This document shows positions 1 through 8,613 of a stretch of 50,803 nt of DNA, piece by piece (positions within the stretch are counted from its first letter, which is position 1; every line of letters starts with the position of its first letter). The stretch is taken from positions 267,718 to 318,520 of the forward strand of contig NZ_JAPNKD010000018.1 of the NCBI RefSeq assembly GCF_026626585.1. Reading direction: 5' to 3'. This stretch comes from Nannocystis sp. ILAH1. Its GTDB lineage: Bacteria; Myxococcota_A; Polyangia; Nannocystales; Nannocystaceae. The translations under genes and the position numbers were made by a program. Under the pieces are notes generated by a model, which saw only the letters and a program-made list of their open reading frames with translations, did no database searches and had not been told where the DNA came from.

Positions 1-2
1 CG

Positions 3-632
3 ACACCGAAGCTGAGGCGAGATCTGGTCCTGAAGACGGGGGTCGCGGCGGGGCCCGTGGCCAACCTCGACATCGACCTGAACGCGTCGTTCACGACCGA
101 GCTGACCGGGACGACGATCAAGTGGGAGGACGAGAGCTCGAGCGATCCCGAGGAGCAGACCAAGTTCAAGATGTCCTTCCTCAACGTCGGCGGCGCGAAC
201 GTCGGCGCCCTCACCATCAAGCTGGTCGGCAACCCGTGCCCCGACGTGCCGGCGACGGTGACCAAGACGGCCCGCCAGACCACCGATCCGACGGCCACCA
301 CCGGCACCGTGACCCTGCTCGACCCGGCCGACGACACCTTCGAGCGGGTGTGGCGGCAGGCGGTCAACAACTCGCGGGTCCAGGTGGTCGACAACGTGGC
401 CAAGATCGACATCCGGGCCAAGGCCGAGGCCGGCTACGTCGTGAATCAGGCCGTCGGCACGGCGACCGACAACTCCCTGATCGTCAACTACGCCTTCGTC
501 GACGCCACCGGCACCGCGGTGGTGTCGGGCAGCGTCCGCTTCGACACCTCGTCGACGGCGTCCGCGGGTTACACGCTCGGCAACGTCCGGGTCGTCGACA
601 CCGACTCCGGCGCGAGCGCCCGGCGCCGCTAG
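3..632 (+). CDS. hypothetical protein, C-terminal portion (5' end lies outside the window)
   Basis: The frame is open from position 3 with no upstream stop, so the true start is upstream of the window. The track ORF 57..632 is the same frame. Thr/Val/Asp-rich beta-like composition. TAG stop at 630-632. Confidence 0.5.
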   Translation, partial: TPKLRRDLVLKTGVAAGPVANLDIDLNASFTTELTGTTIKWEDESSSDPEEQTKFKMSFLNVGGANVGALTIKLVGNPCPDVPATVTKTARQTTDPTATTGTVTLLDPADDTFERVWRQAVNNSRVQVVDNVAKIDIRAKAEAGYVVNQAVGTATDNSLIVNYAFVDATGTAVVSGSVRFDTSSTASAGYTLGNVRVVDTDSGASARRR

Positions 633-784
633 CGTCGGCGCGGGCGGACCTCGGCGGCTGCGCGATCGGACAGGCTCCGATGCGCGGCCGCGCGATGCGT
701 CCCCCAGGGGCGGACGCGTGTCCTACCTCGGAGCTCGATCTACGCCGTCGATCGCGTCGGCCGACGCGGTGTATCCTTGACGGC

Positions 785-2398
785 ATGATCGCGGGCCCGC
801 CCTTGATTGAGCCGGCGTCGCCGCGGCTGGTGCCGGTGTGGCGCGAGCTGCTGTGCGACGGCATCACCCCCGTCGAGGTCTACGCCCGCTTGCGGGCCTA
901 CGCGCGCGGCGGCGGCTCGGGGCCGCCCGACCTGCCCGGCGTCAGCTTCCTGCTCGAGAGCGCGGGCGGGGCCGGCGAACGGTGGGCCCGCTACAGCGTG
1001 GTCGGCGTCGGCGCGCGAGCCCACGTGCGCGGGGTGTGGAACGGCTACGACCTCGACGTGACGATCACCCCGGGGCCCGGCTTCTCGCTGCCGCCCGGGG
1101 TCGAGACGAAGAGCCGCGGCCTGGCCGGCATCGCCGCGCTGCAGCGGGCCTACGAGAGCCCGCCGCGGCCCGATCTGCCGCGCTTCTGGGGCGGCCTGGT
1201 CGGCGTGTGGGGCCACGACGCGGCGCGGGTGTTCGATCCCATCCCGGCCGTACCTGGCCTTTCGGTCATGTCGAGCGATCTGCCGGCGGTCGAGCTGGTG
1301 GCGAGCGACACTCTGGTGGTGTTCGACAACTTCTCGAACCGCGTGCGCGTGCTGGCGACCGCGTGCGCCGAGAGCGAGGGCGGGGCGGAGGCGGCGGAGG
1401 CGGCCGCGCGGGCCCGCGTCGACGCGGTGGCGCGGGCGCTGCACGGACCCTCGGTGCTGGGTCCGCGGCGGGTTCCCGACGTCGCGCCGCCGGCGACCGA
1501 GGTGGCGGCGCCGTGGTCGCGCGAGAAGTACCGGGCGTCGATCGCGGCCGCGCGCGAGCACATCATGGCCGGCGACATCTTCCAGGTCGTGCTGTCGCAG
1601 CGGTTCGTGAGCCAGCGCGACGGGATCGACCTGCTCGACGTCTACCGCATGCTGCGGGTCGGCAACCCGGCGCCGTACATGTACCTGTTCGACCTGCCGG
1701 CGGCGGCGCTGACGGGCGCGTCGCCGGAGGTGCTGGTCCGCTGCGACCGCGACGCGCTGGCGCCCGCGGTGACGGGGGCCTCGAGCAGCGAGGTGGGCCC
1801 GCAGTCGGGCCTGCGCGTGACTGTGCGGCCGATCGCGGGCACCCGGCCGCGCGGGCGCGACGCGATCGAGGACGAGGCGCTGGCCAGCGAGCTGCTGGCC
1901 GATCCGAAGGAGCGCGCCGAGCACCTCATGCTGGTCGACCTCGGGCGCAACGACCTCGGGCGCGTCAGCGTGGCCGGCAGCGTGCGGGTGTCGGAGTCGT
2001 TCTCGATCGAGCGCTACAGCCGGGTGATGCACATCGTCAGCGAGGTGCAGGGCGAGCTGCGGCCGGAGCTGACGGCGCTCGACGCCCTGCGCGCGACGTT
2101 CCCCGCCGGCACGCTGAGCGGGGCGCCGAAGATCCGCGCGCTGCAGATCATCGACGCGCTCGAGCCGGCGCCGCGCGGCTGGTACGGCGGCGCCGTCGGC
2201 TACCTCGGCTACGACGGCGGGGCCGACTTCGCCATCTGCATCCGCTCGCTGGTCGCCGTCGGCGAGGAGTTCCGGGTCCAGGCCGGCGCGGGGGTCGTGT
2301 ACGACTCGTCGCCGGAGGGCGAGGACAACGAGTGCCACGTCAAGGCGAGCGCGGTGCTGCGCGCGATCGCGGCGGCGGCCGAAGGAGGTGCAGCGTGA
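785..2398 (+). CDS. trpE: anthranilate synthase component I
   Basis: Frame of track ORF 122..2398. Chorismate-binding-enzyme hallmarks are present: LMLVDLGRNDLGRV, PAGTLSGAPKIRA and GWYGGAVGYLGYDG. ATG at 785 is chosen as start (MIAGPPLIEP...), but ATG 679 is also possible. TGA stop at 2396-2398 overlaps the next gene's GTG. Confidence 0.9.
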   Translation: MIAGPPLIEPASPRLVPVWRELLCDGITPVEVYARLRAYARGGGSGPPDLPGVSFLLESAGGAGERWARYSVVGVGARAHVRGVWNGYDLDVTITPGPGFSLPPGVETKSRGLAGIAALQRAYESPPRPDLPRFWGGLVGVWGHDAARVFDPIPAVPGLSVMSSDLPAVELVASDTLVVFDNFSNRVRVLATACAESEGGAEAAEAAARARVDAVARALHGPSVLGPRRVPDVAPPATEVAAPWSREKYRASIAAAREHIMAGDIFQVVLSQRFVSQRDGIDLLDVYRMLRVGNPAPYMYLFDLPAAALTGASPEVLVRCDRDALAPAVTGASSSEVGPQSGLRVTVRPIAGTRPRGRDAIEDEALASELLADPKERAEHLMLVDLGRNDLGRVSVAGSVRVSESFSIERYSRVMHIVSEVQGELRPELTALDALRATFPAGTLSGAPKIRALQIIDALEPAPRGWYGGAVGYLGYDGGADFAICIRSLVAVGEEFRVQAGAGVVYDSSPEGEDNECHVKASAVLRAIAAAAEGGAA

Positions 2399-3102
2399 GC
2401 GCGAACGACAACCCCGCGGTCACTGCCGTCGACGCGGCCCCGCCGCTGCCCGGCGGCCAACGCCTGCGACCGGCCGGCGCGCCGCGGCCAGGCTGCCGCG
2501 TGCTGGTGATCGACAACTACGACTCGTTCACCTTCAACCTGGTGCAGTACCTGCTGCAGCTCGGCGCGGTGGTCGACGTCCACCGCAACGACGCGGTCAA
2601 GCTCGAGCAGGTGCTGGCCGACGCGCCGAGCCACATCGTCCTGTCCCCGGGGCCAGGTACGCCGGCCGAGAGCGGGGTGTGCCAGGACCTGTGCCGCCGG
2701 CTGGCCGAGGCCGACGCGCCGGCGATCCCGGTGCTCGGGGTGTGCCTCGGCCACCAGACGCTGTGCGAGGTGCTGGGCGCGCGGGTCGAGCGGGCCGGGC
2801 GGATCATGCACGGCAAGCTGTCGCCGATGCTGCACGACGCCACGGGGGTGTTCGCCGGGCTGCCGTCGCCGTTCATGGCCACGCGCTACCACAGCCTGGT
2901 CGCGGTCGAGAGCACGCTGCCGGCTTCGCTGATCCCCAACGCCCGCACCGACGCCGGCGAGCTGATGGGCGTGCGCCACGCGACGCGGCCGCTGCACGGG
3001 GTCCAGTTCCACCCCGAGTCGGTGCTCAGCGAGCACGGCCACGCGATGCTGCGCACCTTCCTCGAGATACCTGTCCCATCGAACATGGCGGTGACGACAT
3101 GA
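2395..3102 (+). CDS. trpG: anthranilate synthase component II (glutamine amidotransferase)
   Basis: GTG at 2395 overlaps the trpE stop (GTGA). A GAAGGAGG RBS lies at 2381-2388. Class-I GATase motifs are present: VLGVCLGHQ and HGVQFHPES. It is the distal part of the long artefactual ORF 838..3102. Confidence 0.9.
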   Translation: MSANDNPAVTAVDAAPPLPGGQRLRPAGAPRPGCRVLVIDNYDSFTFNLVQYLLQLGAVVDVHRNDAVKLEQVLADAPSHIVLSPGPGTPAESGVCQDLCRRLAEADAPAIPVLGVCLGHQTLCEVLGARVERAGRIMHGKLSPMLHDATGVFAGLPSPFMATRYHSLVAVESTLPASLIPNARTDAGELMGVRHATRPLHGVQFHPESVLSEHGHAMLRTFLEIPVPSNMAVTT

Positions 3103-4166
3103 CCGAAGGGGCAGACGACGAGGCGCTGCGGCGCGGGCTGGGCCGGCTGGTCCGCGCCGAGGCGCTCGACGAGGCCGAGGCGCTGGCGATCTTCCGCGAG
3201 ATCGTGGCCGGCGCGGCCGACCCGGCGCAGATCGGCGGGCTCCTGGTGGCCCTGGCGATCCGCGGCGAGACGGCGCCGGTGATCGCGGGCGCGGTGCGGG
3301 CGATGCGAGAGGCGGTGGTGCCGGTGCCGCTGCGCGAGGGCGGGGCGATCGACACCTGCGGGACCGGCGGCAGCGGGGTGGCCCGACGCAACGTGTCGAC
3401 CGCGGTGGCGATCGCGGCGGCGGCCTGCGGGGCGCGGGTGGCCAAGCACGGCAACCGCGGGATCTCGAGCCCGTGCGGCTCGGCCGACGTGCTGGCCGCC
3501 CTCGGCGTCGACATCACTGCGCCGCCCGAGCGCGTCGGCCAGTGCGTCGACGAGGTCGGCGTCGGCTTCATGTTCGCGCCCAGCCTGCACCCGGCGATGC
3601 GCCACGCGGCCGGCCCGCGCAAGGCGCTGGGGCTGCGCACCCTGTTCAACCTGGTCGGGCCGATGTGCAACCCCGCGGGGGTGCGCCGGCAGGTGATCGG
3701 CGTGTTCGACCCGGGCAAGGTCGAGGCGATGGCGGCCGCCCTGGGCGCCCTCGGCAGCGAGCGCGTGTTCGTGGTCCACGGCTTCTTCGCCGGCGCGGAC
3801 CGGCCCGGGATCGACGATCTCAGCCCCGAGGGGCCGAGCACGGTGGCCGAGTGGCACCGCGGCGCGCTGCGCACGTACACGCTGCGCCCGGCCGACGCCG
3901 AGCTGCCGGAGGTGCCGATCGCGGCGATCGCCGGCGACGACGCGGCCGGCAACGCGAGCGCGCTGCGGGCCGTCCTGGCCGGCGAGCCGGGGGCCTACCG
4001 TACAAGTGTGCAGTACAGCGGGGCGCTGGCCCTGCTGGCGGCCGGCGACGACGGCATCGAGACGCTGCCGGCCAAGGCGCGGGCGATCGGCGCCGCGCTC
4101 GAAGACGGCCGGGCCGCGGCGGTGCTCGACCGGCTCGTCGCCGCCAGCCGCGCTGCGCTACCCTGA
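3099..4166 (+). CDS. trpD: anthranilate phosphoribosyltransferase
   Basis: ATG at 3099 overlaps the trpG stop (ATGA). TrpD motifs are present: DTCGTGGSG, KHGNRGISS and LFNLVGPMCNP. It is the distal part of artefactual ORF 2388..4166. Confidence 0.92.
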   Translation: MTEGADDEALRRGLGRLVRAEALDEAEALAIFREIVAGAADPAQIGGLLVALAIRGETAPVIAGAVRAMREAVVPVPLREGGAIDTCGTGGSGVARRNVSTAVAIAAAACGARVAKHGNRGISSPCGSADVLAALGVDITAPPERVGQCVDEVGVGFMFAPSLHPAMRHAAGPRKALGLRTLFNLVGPMCNPAGVRRQVIGVFDPGKVEAMAAALGALGSERVFVVHGFFAGADRPGIDDLSPEGPSTVAEWHRGALRTYTLRPADAELPEVPIAAIAGDDAAGNASALRAVLAGEPGAYRTSVQYSGALALLAAGDDGIETLPAKARAIGAALEDGRAAAVLDRLVAASRAALP

Positions 4167-4175
4167 GGGCAGGAC

Positions 4176-4982
4176 ATGAGCGACAAAGGCAGCACGTACC
4201 TCGACAAGATCCTGGCCGCCAAGCGGGCCGAGCTCGCCGCCCCCCGGGCGACCCGCTCGGGAGCGCTGACCGACCGCGAGCTGATCGAGCTCGGCGCCCG
4301 CCTCCCGCGCCCGCGCGACTTCATCGGCGCGCTGCGCGAGGGCCCGCGCCCGGGGATCATCGCCGAGTTCAAGCGCGCGTCGCCCAGCGCCGGCGTCCTG
4401 CGCGAAGGCGCCGACGCGCGCCAGATCGCGATGCTCTACGCGGCCGGCGGCGCGACCTGCATGAGCGTGCTGTGCGACCGGCACTTCCAGGGCTCGCTCG
4501 AAGACCTCCGGACGGTGCGCCAGAGCGTGGCGCTGCCGCTCCTGGCCAAGGACTTCATCCTCGAGAAGACCCAGATCGTCGAGGCCAAGCGGGTCGGGGC
4601 CGACTGCGTGCTGCTGATCGTCGCCGCCCTGCCGGCGCCGCAGCTGCGCAACCTGATCGAGTTCTCCCACACGCTCGAGATGCAGGTGCTGTGCGAGACC
4701 CGCGACGAGGCGGAGATCGATCGCGCCATGGCAGCCGGGGCGAAGCTGATCGGGGTCAACTCGCGCGACCTGCAGACGTTCGAGCTCGACCCCGACCGCG
4801 CGGCCAAGCTGCGCAAGTACGTGCCCAAGAGCTTCACGTACGTGGCCGAGAGCGGGGTCCGGACCATCGACGACGCGCTCCGCCTGCGCGACTCGGGGGC
4901 CGACGCGCTGCTGATCGGCAGCTACTTCATGACCGCCGACCAGCCGGGCGAGGCGCTGCGCGACCTGGTGATGGCGCTGTGA
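4176..4982 (+). CDS. trpC: indole-3-glycerol-phosphate synthase
   Basis: ORF 4176..4982. IGPS motifs are present: IAEFKRASPSAG, LCDRHFQGS, LLAKDFI and GVNSRDL. Confidence 0.92.
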   Translation: MSDKGSTYLDKILAAKRAELAAPRATRSGALTDRELIELGARLPRPRDFIGALREGPRPGIIAEFKRASPSAGVLREGADARQIAMLYAAGGATCMSVLCDRHFQGSLEDLRTVRQSVALPLLAKDFILEKTQIVEAKRVGADCVLLIVAALPAPQLRNLIEFSHTLEMQVLCETRDEAEIDRAMAAGAKLIGVNSRDLQTFELDPDRAAKLRKYVPKSFTYVAESGVRTIDDALRLRDSGADALLIGSYFMTADQPGEALRDLVMAL

Positions 4983-5088
4983 GGCTGGCCTTCAGACGCG
5001 GTGCGGCGAGGCGAGGCGAGGGCGCGCAGCGCCTGGCTTCGGGGACATGTTCTTCTGGACAGGGCGAGAAGGACAGGTCGGTACCCGC

Positions 5089-5718
5089 ATGGTGGTGAAG
5101 CTCAAGGTGTGCGGGGTGACCCGCGCCGAGGATCTGGCGGCCTGCGTCGAGCTCGGAGTCGACGCGGTCGGGATCAACCTGTGGAGCGGGTCGCGCCGCG
5201 GCCTGTCGCTGGCCGAGGCAGAGGCGCTGCTGCGCGCGGTCGACCCGCCGCGCTCGCTCGAGCGCGTGGGAGTGTTCGTCGAGCCGTCGGCCGACGAGGT
5301 CCGCCGCGCGGCCGAGACGCTGGCGCTCGACCTCGTGCAGATCGTCGGCGCCGAAGAGGTGACGGGCTACGGGCTGCCGTACCTGTGGGTGGTCCGCGGC
5401 ACGCCTGCCCTGGCCGAACTGCTGCCGCCGAAGCCCCGGCCAGCGCGCGCGCTGCTCGACGCGGCGGTGCCCGGCTACGGCGGGGCAGGCCAGACGACCG
5501 ACTGGGGCTGGGCCGCGGCGGCGGTGCAGCAGCTCGCAGGGCTCGAGGTGTGGCTGGCCGGCGGGATCACGCCGGAGAACGCGGCGCAGGCGATCGCGCA
5601 GGTCCGCCCGGCCGGGCTCGACGTCGCCAGCGGGACGGAGCTGGCGGGGGCGCGCCGCGGAGAGAAGGACCGCGCGGCGATCGTGGCGCTGCTGGCGGCC
5701 TGTCGCGCGGCAACATGA
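5089..5718 (+). CDS. trpF: N-(5'-phosphoribosyl)anthranilate isomerase
   Basis: Frame of ORF 5047..5718. The protein is PRAI-like (KVCGVTRAEDLAACVELGVDAVGINLW...WLAGGITPENAAQAI). ATG 5089 (MVVKLKVCGV) is preferred as start, with GAAGGACAGG 12 nt upstream. Confidence 0.85.
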   Translation: MVVKLKVCGVTRAEDLAACVELGVDAVGINLWSGSRRGLSLAEAEALLRAVDPPRSLERVGVFVEPSADEVRRAAETLALDLVQIVGAEEVTGYGLPYLWVVRGTPALAELLPPKPRPARALLDAAVPGYGGAGQTTDWGWAAAAVQQLAGLEVWLAGGITPENAAQAIAQVRPAGLDVASGTELAGARRGEKDRAAIVALLAACRAAT

Positions 5719-5723
5719 ACGAT

Positions 5724-5792
5724 CGGGCATGCTCGGAAGGGCATGTCTGCCGGGGCATGTTTAATAGAGCATGCTCGAATGGGCATGTTGGA
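5724..5792 (+). repeat. array 1 of the 14-bp-period GGRCATGYY repeat family (5 units)
   Basis: CATG cores at 5728, 5742, 5756, 5770 and 5784, exactly 14 bp apart (gggcatgctcg / gggcatgtctg / gggcatgttta / gagcatgctcg / gggcatgttgg). It lies between the trpF stop and the next gene. Confidence 0.7.
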
Positions 5793-5849
5793 CGCCGCTG
5801 AAGCGCCCGGGAGCTGGGTCGTGGCCGCGCACGCGGGTGATGCCGCTGC

Positions 5850-7166
5850 GTGCGAGCGCTGCGCTCGGGCCTCGCGCGAGACGAGCGTCGGCGGTCCGGG
5901 TATGCTCGCCGGGTGACGAGCGTCTCGCGGCCGGTGCCGGCGGCGGCTCCGTGGGCGGAGTCGATGTTCTCGTTCGGGGTCACCGGCACCAACGGCAAGA
6001 CTTCGACGACGTGGATGCTGGCGGCGGCGGTGCGGGCGGCCGGGATGTCGGTGCTGCGGGTGTCGACGCTCGGGGTCGCGTTCGACGACGAGGCGTGGCC
6101 GCGCGGCAAGCGGTTCACCGACTTCGTGGCCACGCTCGCGCGGGCGCACGAGCGCGGGGCCAGGCACGCGGTGATCGAGACGACCAGCCACGCGCTGGCG
6201 CAGGGCTATGCGCGCAGCTGGCGGTTCGACCTCGGGGTGTTTACCAACTTGTCGGTCGATCACTTCGGCACGCACGGCAGCTGGGAGCACTACCTGGCGG
6301 CCAAGGCCCAGCTGTTCATGCACCTGGGACCCGGGCGCGTGGCGGTGCTCAACGCGGCCGACAAGCACGCGCTGTTCGTCGACCAGGCGATCCCCGCCGA
6401 CGTGGAGCGGCGGTGGTTCGCGGCGCCAGGTCGCGGGCCGCGGCTGCGCGCGGCGGACCTCGAGGCCGAGGCGATCGAGGTCGAGGCGACCGGGACGCGG
6501 GTGGTGCTGCGCCCGTCGCCGGCCGCGACTGCGCTCGGCGGGGCGCTCTTTACGAGGATGGTGGGCGAGGTGTTCGCCGAGAACGCGCTGACGGCCGCGC
6601 TCGCGGGGCTCGCGGCCGGGCTGCCGGGCGAGGCGGTGGCGCGCGGGATCGCCGAGTGCCCGATCGTGCCGGGGCGCTTCGAAGTGCTGGCCCACGGGCC
6701 TGGCCGGCCGACGATCGCGGTCGACTATGCGCACTCGCCCGACGCGCTGACGCATACGTGCGCGACGGCGCGGCGGCTGGCGGGGCCGCAGGGGCGAGTG
6801 TTGGTGGTGTTCGGCGCAGGTGGCAACTCGACGCCAGAGAAGCGCGCGCCGATGGGCGCGGCAGTCGGCGCGCTGGCCGACGTGGCGTCGGTGACGAGCG
6901 ACAACCCGCGCGACGAGGCGCCGGAGGCGATCGCGGCCGCAGTGGTGGAAGGGCTGCAGGGCGGTCGCGCGGGGTGGTCGATCGTTCTCGACCGCGGGCG
7001 GGCGATCGCCGAGGCGGTCGCGGCGGCCGGGGCTGGCGACGTGGTGGTGATCGCCGGCAAGGGCCACGAGGAGGGGCAGACGGCGCGCGGGCAGACGCGG
7101 CCGTTCTCCGACGTCGCTGAGGTGCGGCGGCTCGTCGAAGGTTGGCATGTGCCTGAAGGGACATGA
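5850..7166 (+). CDS. Mur ligase family protein, MurE-like central and C-terminal domains only (no UDP-MurNAc-binding N-terminal domain)
   Basis: ORF 5850..7166. It has the Mur ligase P-loop GVTGTNGKTSTT, a VDYAHSPDAL motif and a DNPRDE motif of the MurE/DAP-adding type. The start is uncertain: ATG 5850 or ATG 5964 (MFSFGVTGTNGKT). Either way there are at most about 40 residues before the P-loop, so the protein lacks Mur domain 1. Confidence 0.75.
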   Translation: MRALRSGLARDERRRSGYARRVTSVSRPVPAAAPWAESMFSFGVTGTNGKTSTTWMLAAAVRAAGMSVLRVSTLGVAFDDEAWPRGKRFTDFVATLARAHERGARHAVIETTSHALAQGYARSWRFDLGVFTNLSVDHFGTHGSWEHYLAAKAQLFMHLGPGRVAVLNAADKHALFVDQAIPADVERRWFAAPGRGPRLRAADLEAEAIEVEATGTRVVLRPSPAATALGGALFTRMVGEVFAENALTAALAGLAAGLPGEAVARGIAECPIVPGRFEVLAHGPGRPTIAVDYAHSPDALTHTCATARRLAGPQGRVLVVFGAGGNSTPEKRAPMGAAVGALADVASVTSDNPRDEAPEAIAAAVVEGLQGGRAGWSIVLDRGRAIAEAVAAAGAGDVVVIAGKGHEEGQTARGQTRPFSDVAEVRRLVEGWHVPEGT

Positions 7167-7240
7167 CCGAGAGGTCATGTGGATTTTCAGGTCGCCGGGG
7201 GCGGCCGCGCGGGTGACATGCCCTTTCGGGCATGTCCATA
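7143..7240 (+). repeat. array 2 of the GGRCATGYY repeat family (5 units)
   Basis: CATG cores at 7146, 7164, 7176, 7217 and 7231 (ggcatgtgcc, gggacatgacc, ggtcatgtgg, gtgacatgccc, gggcatgtcca). It lies in the convergent intergenic region 7167..7248. Confidence 0.6.
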
Positions 7241-7248
7241 CAATCATC

Positions 7249-7854
7249 TCAGCAGTCGGCCTCGTCGGCGCCGTCGGGGCAGTCGTCGGCCATGTCGCAC
7301 TTCCAGGTCGCCGGGATCTCGGTGCCGTTGGTGCAGAGGAAGGCCTCGAGGCCGCAGCCGGTGACCTCGTCGGAGTTGTCGAGGCAGTCGGGGACCTCGT
7401 CGCAGGCCCAGGTCGCGGGGATCTCCTTCTTGTCGGTGCAGGTGAAGGCCTCGAGGCCGCAGCCGCTGACCTCGTCGGAGCCGTCAGGACAGTCGGGGTT
7501 CTCGTCGCAGACCCACGCCGGGTTCTCGAGTGCGGTACCGTCGCTGCAGACGAAGCCCTCGCCGGTGGTGCCCGCGGTGGCCTCGGTGGTGCCCGCGGTG
7601 GCCTCGGTGGTGCTGGTCGGGGTTTCGGTGGTCGTCGGCGCGCTGGTGCCGGTGTCGGTGCCGTCGGTCGTCTCGCCCGCCGTGCCGGTGCTGGTCGTGT
7701 CGTCCGTGGTGCCGGCGGTGCTCTCGGTCGTGGTCGTCTCGGGGCCGATGTTGGTATCGGAGAGACCGCCGAGGTTGATCGTGCAGCCGGCTGTGGCGAC
7801 GCCCTGGCTCATGAGGGCGGCGACGGACAAAAATTTGGCGAGGTCGATGTTCAT
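7249..7854 (-). CDS. lipoprotein with three LDL-receptor class A (LDLa) cysteine-rich repeats
   Basis: Lower part of minus ORF 7249..7995. ATG at 7854 (MNIDLAKFLSVAALMSQGVATAGC) gives a lipoprotein-type signal. A Thr-rich linker follows, then three repeats of CxDGxxxxxxWxCDxxxDCxDxSDExxC (FVCSDG..WVCDENPDCPDGSDEVSGC, FTCTDK..WACDEVPDCLDNSDEVTGC, FLCTNG..WKCDMADDCPDGADEADC). Confidence 0.8.
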   Translation of the reverse strand: MNIDLAKFLSVAALMSQGVATAGCTINLGGLSDTNIGPETTTTESTAGTTDDTTSTGTAGETTDGTDTGTSAPTTTETPTSTTEATAGTTEATAGTTGEGFVCSDGTALENPAWVCDENPDCPDGSDEVSGCGLEAFTCTDKKEIPATWACDEVPDCLDNSDEVTGCGLEAFLCTNGTEIPATWKCDMADDCPDGADEADC

Positions 7855-7922
7855 CGTGCCGGCGAATGTGCCACGGGCCGGCGCGCAGGGGCGCGCGCGG
7901 CCCATGTGCCGGCGCGCGCGAT

Positions 7923-8423
7923 TCAGGTCGGCGCGAGGCGGACGGTGACCTCTGCGCTCGGATCGAAGGGCGAGCCCTTGACGTCGGCGATGCATTTGAC
8001 GACGAGCCGCACCCGCGGATCACGCGTGGCGGCGTTCGGATCGGGGAAGCCGTTGCGCGCGAGGATGCCGGCGAGGTCGACCTCGCTCACCAGCCACGGC
8101 TGGGTGATGACCTGCCCGGGCTTGAGGTCGCAGGGCATCTTGAGGCAGCTGTCCGAGTAGCTGACGTTCGGATCGGGATCCTTCTCGGCGCGGGCGAGGT
8201 TCGGCGAGTCGATGTCGTCCTTCTTGATGTACAGCCACACCTCGTACTTGGTCGCCAGCAAGGTGCACTCCTGCTGCGCGGTGATCACCATCGTGCCCTT
8301 GAGGACCGAGTCGGTGACCGGGAAGGTGGCGGTCTCCGCCGGTTGACGCTCGATGACGGTGATGGCGACGCTCGCCATGTTCTTGCCGCCGAGGAACTGC
8401 TTGGCCTTGTCGAAGAATCCCAT
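7923..8423 (-). CDS. hypothetical protein, possibly SpoOM-like
   Basis: Lower part of minus ORF 7923..8645. The start is taken as ATG 8423 (MGFFDKAKQFLGGKNMASVAITVIERQ...). The N-terminus resembles the SpoOM family as far as I can recall. The upstream part of the track ORF is Arg-rich frame noise. Confidence 0.6.
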   Translation of the reverse strand: MGFFDKAKQFLGGKNMASVAITVIERQPAETATFPVTDSVLKGTMVITAQQECTLLATKYEVWLYIKKDDIDSPNLARAEKDPDPNVSYSDSCLKMPCDLKPGQVITQPWLVSEVDLAGILARNGFPDPNAATRDPRVRLVVKCIADVKGSPFDPSAEVTVRLAPT

Positions 8424-8613
8424 GGCGACGAGAGGTACCACGTCGGTGCACGGGGCGACGATTCCGCGCAGCGATCGATGACGCCGCGAACCGGTGCGAT
8501 TCGTGGTGGTTCGTCGTGCCCGTCGGCGGCTCGCCCGGGTCGCGGGCGACGGCCGTGCGCCGCGGTAATCGACGTTCCGCGGCGACGGCCCACCTCGACC
8601 GACACGAATGATT

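Noticed and set aside
633-784. trp leader peptide or attenuator upstream of trpE
   Set aside because: There are no tandem Trp codons or overlapping terminator/antiterminator hairpins in the 150 bp upstream.
122-2398. 758-aa ORF starting far upstream of trpE
   Set aside because: The first ~220 codons read Arg/Gly-rich noise and overlap the real upstream gene 3..632. TrpE similarity begins near 785.
838-3102. 754-aa ORF, and similarly ORF 2388..4166 (592 aa)
   Set aside because: These are high-GC read-through frames. Only their distal parts are genes, namely trpG from GTG 2395 and trpD from ATG 3099. The upstream parts overlap trpE in another frame and have Arg/Gly/Pro composition.
5475-7247. 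590-aa minus-strand ORF antisense to the Mur-ligase gene. The same applies to 740..2338, 10561..12354, 12129..14288, 23655..24737, 24870..26798, 31705..33318 and 33430..35451.
   Set aside because: These are shadow ORFs on the strand opposite well-supported genes. Their composition is dominated by Arg/Gly/Ala/Pro, as is typical of antisense frames in 70% GC DNA, and they have no motifs.
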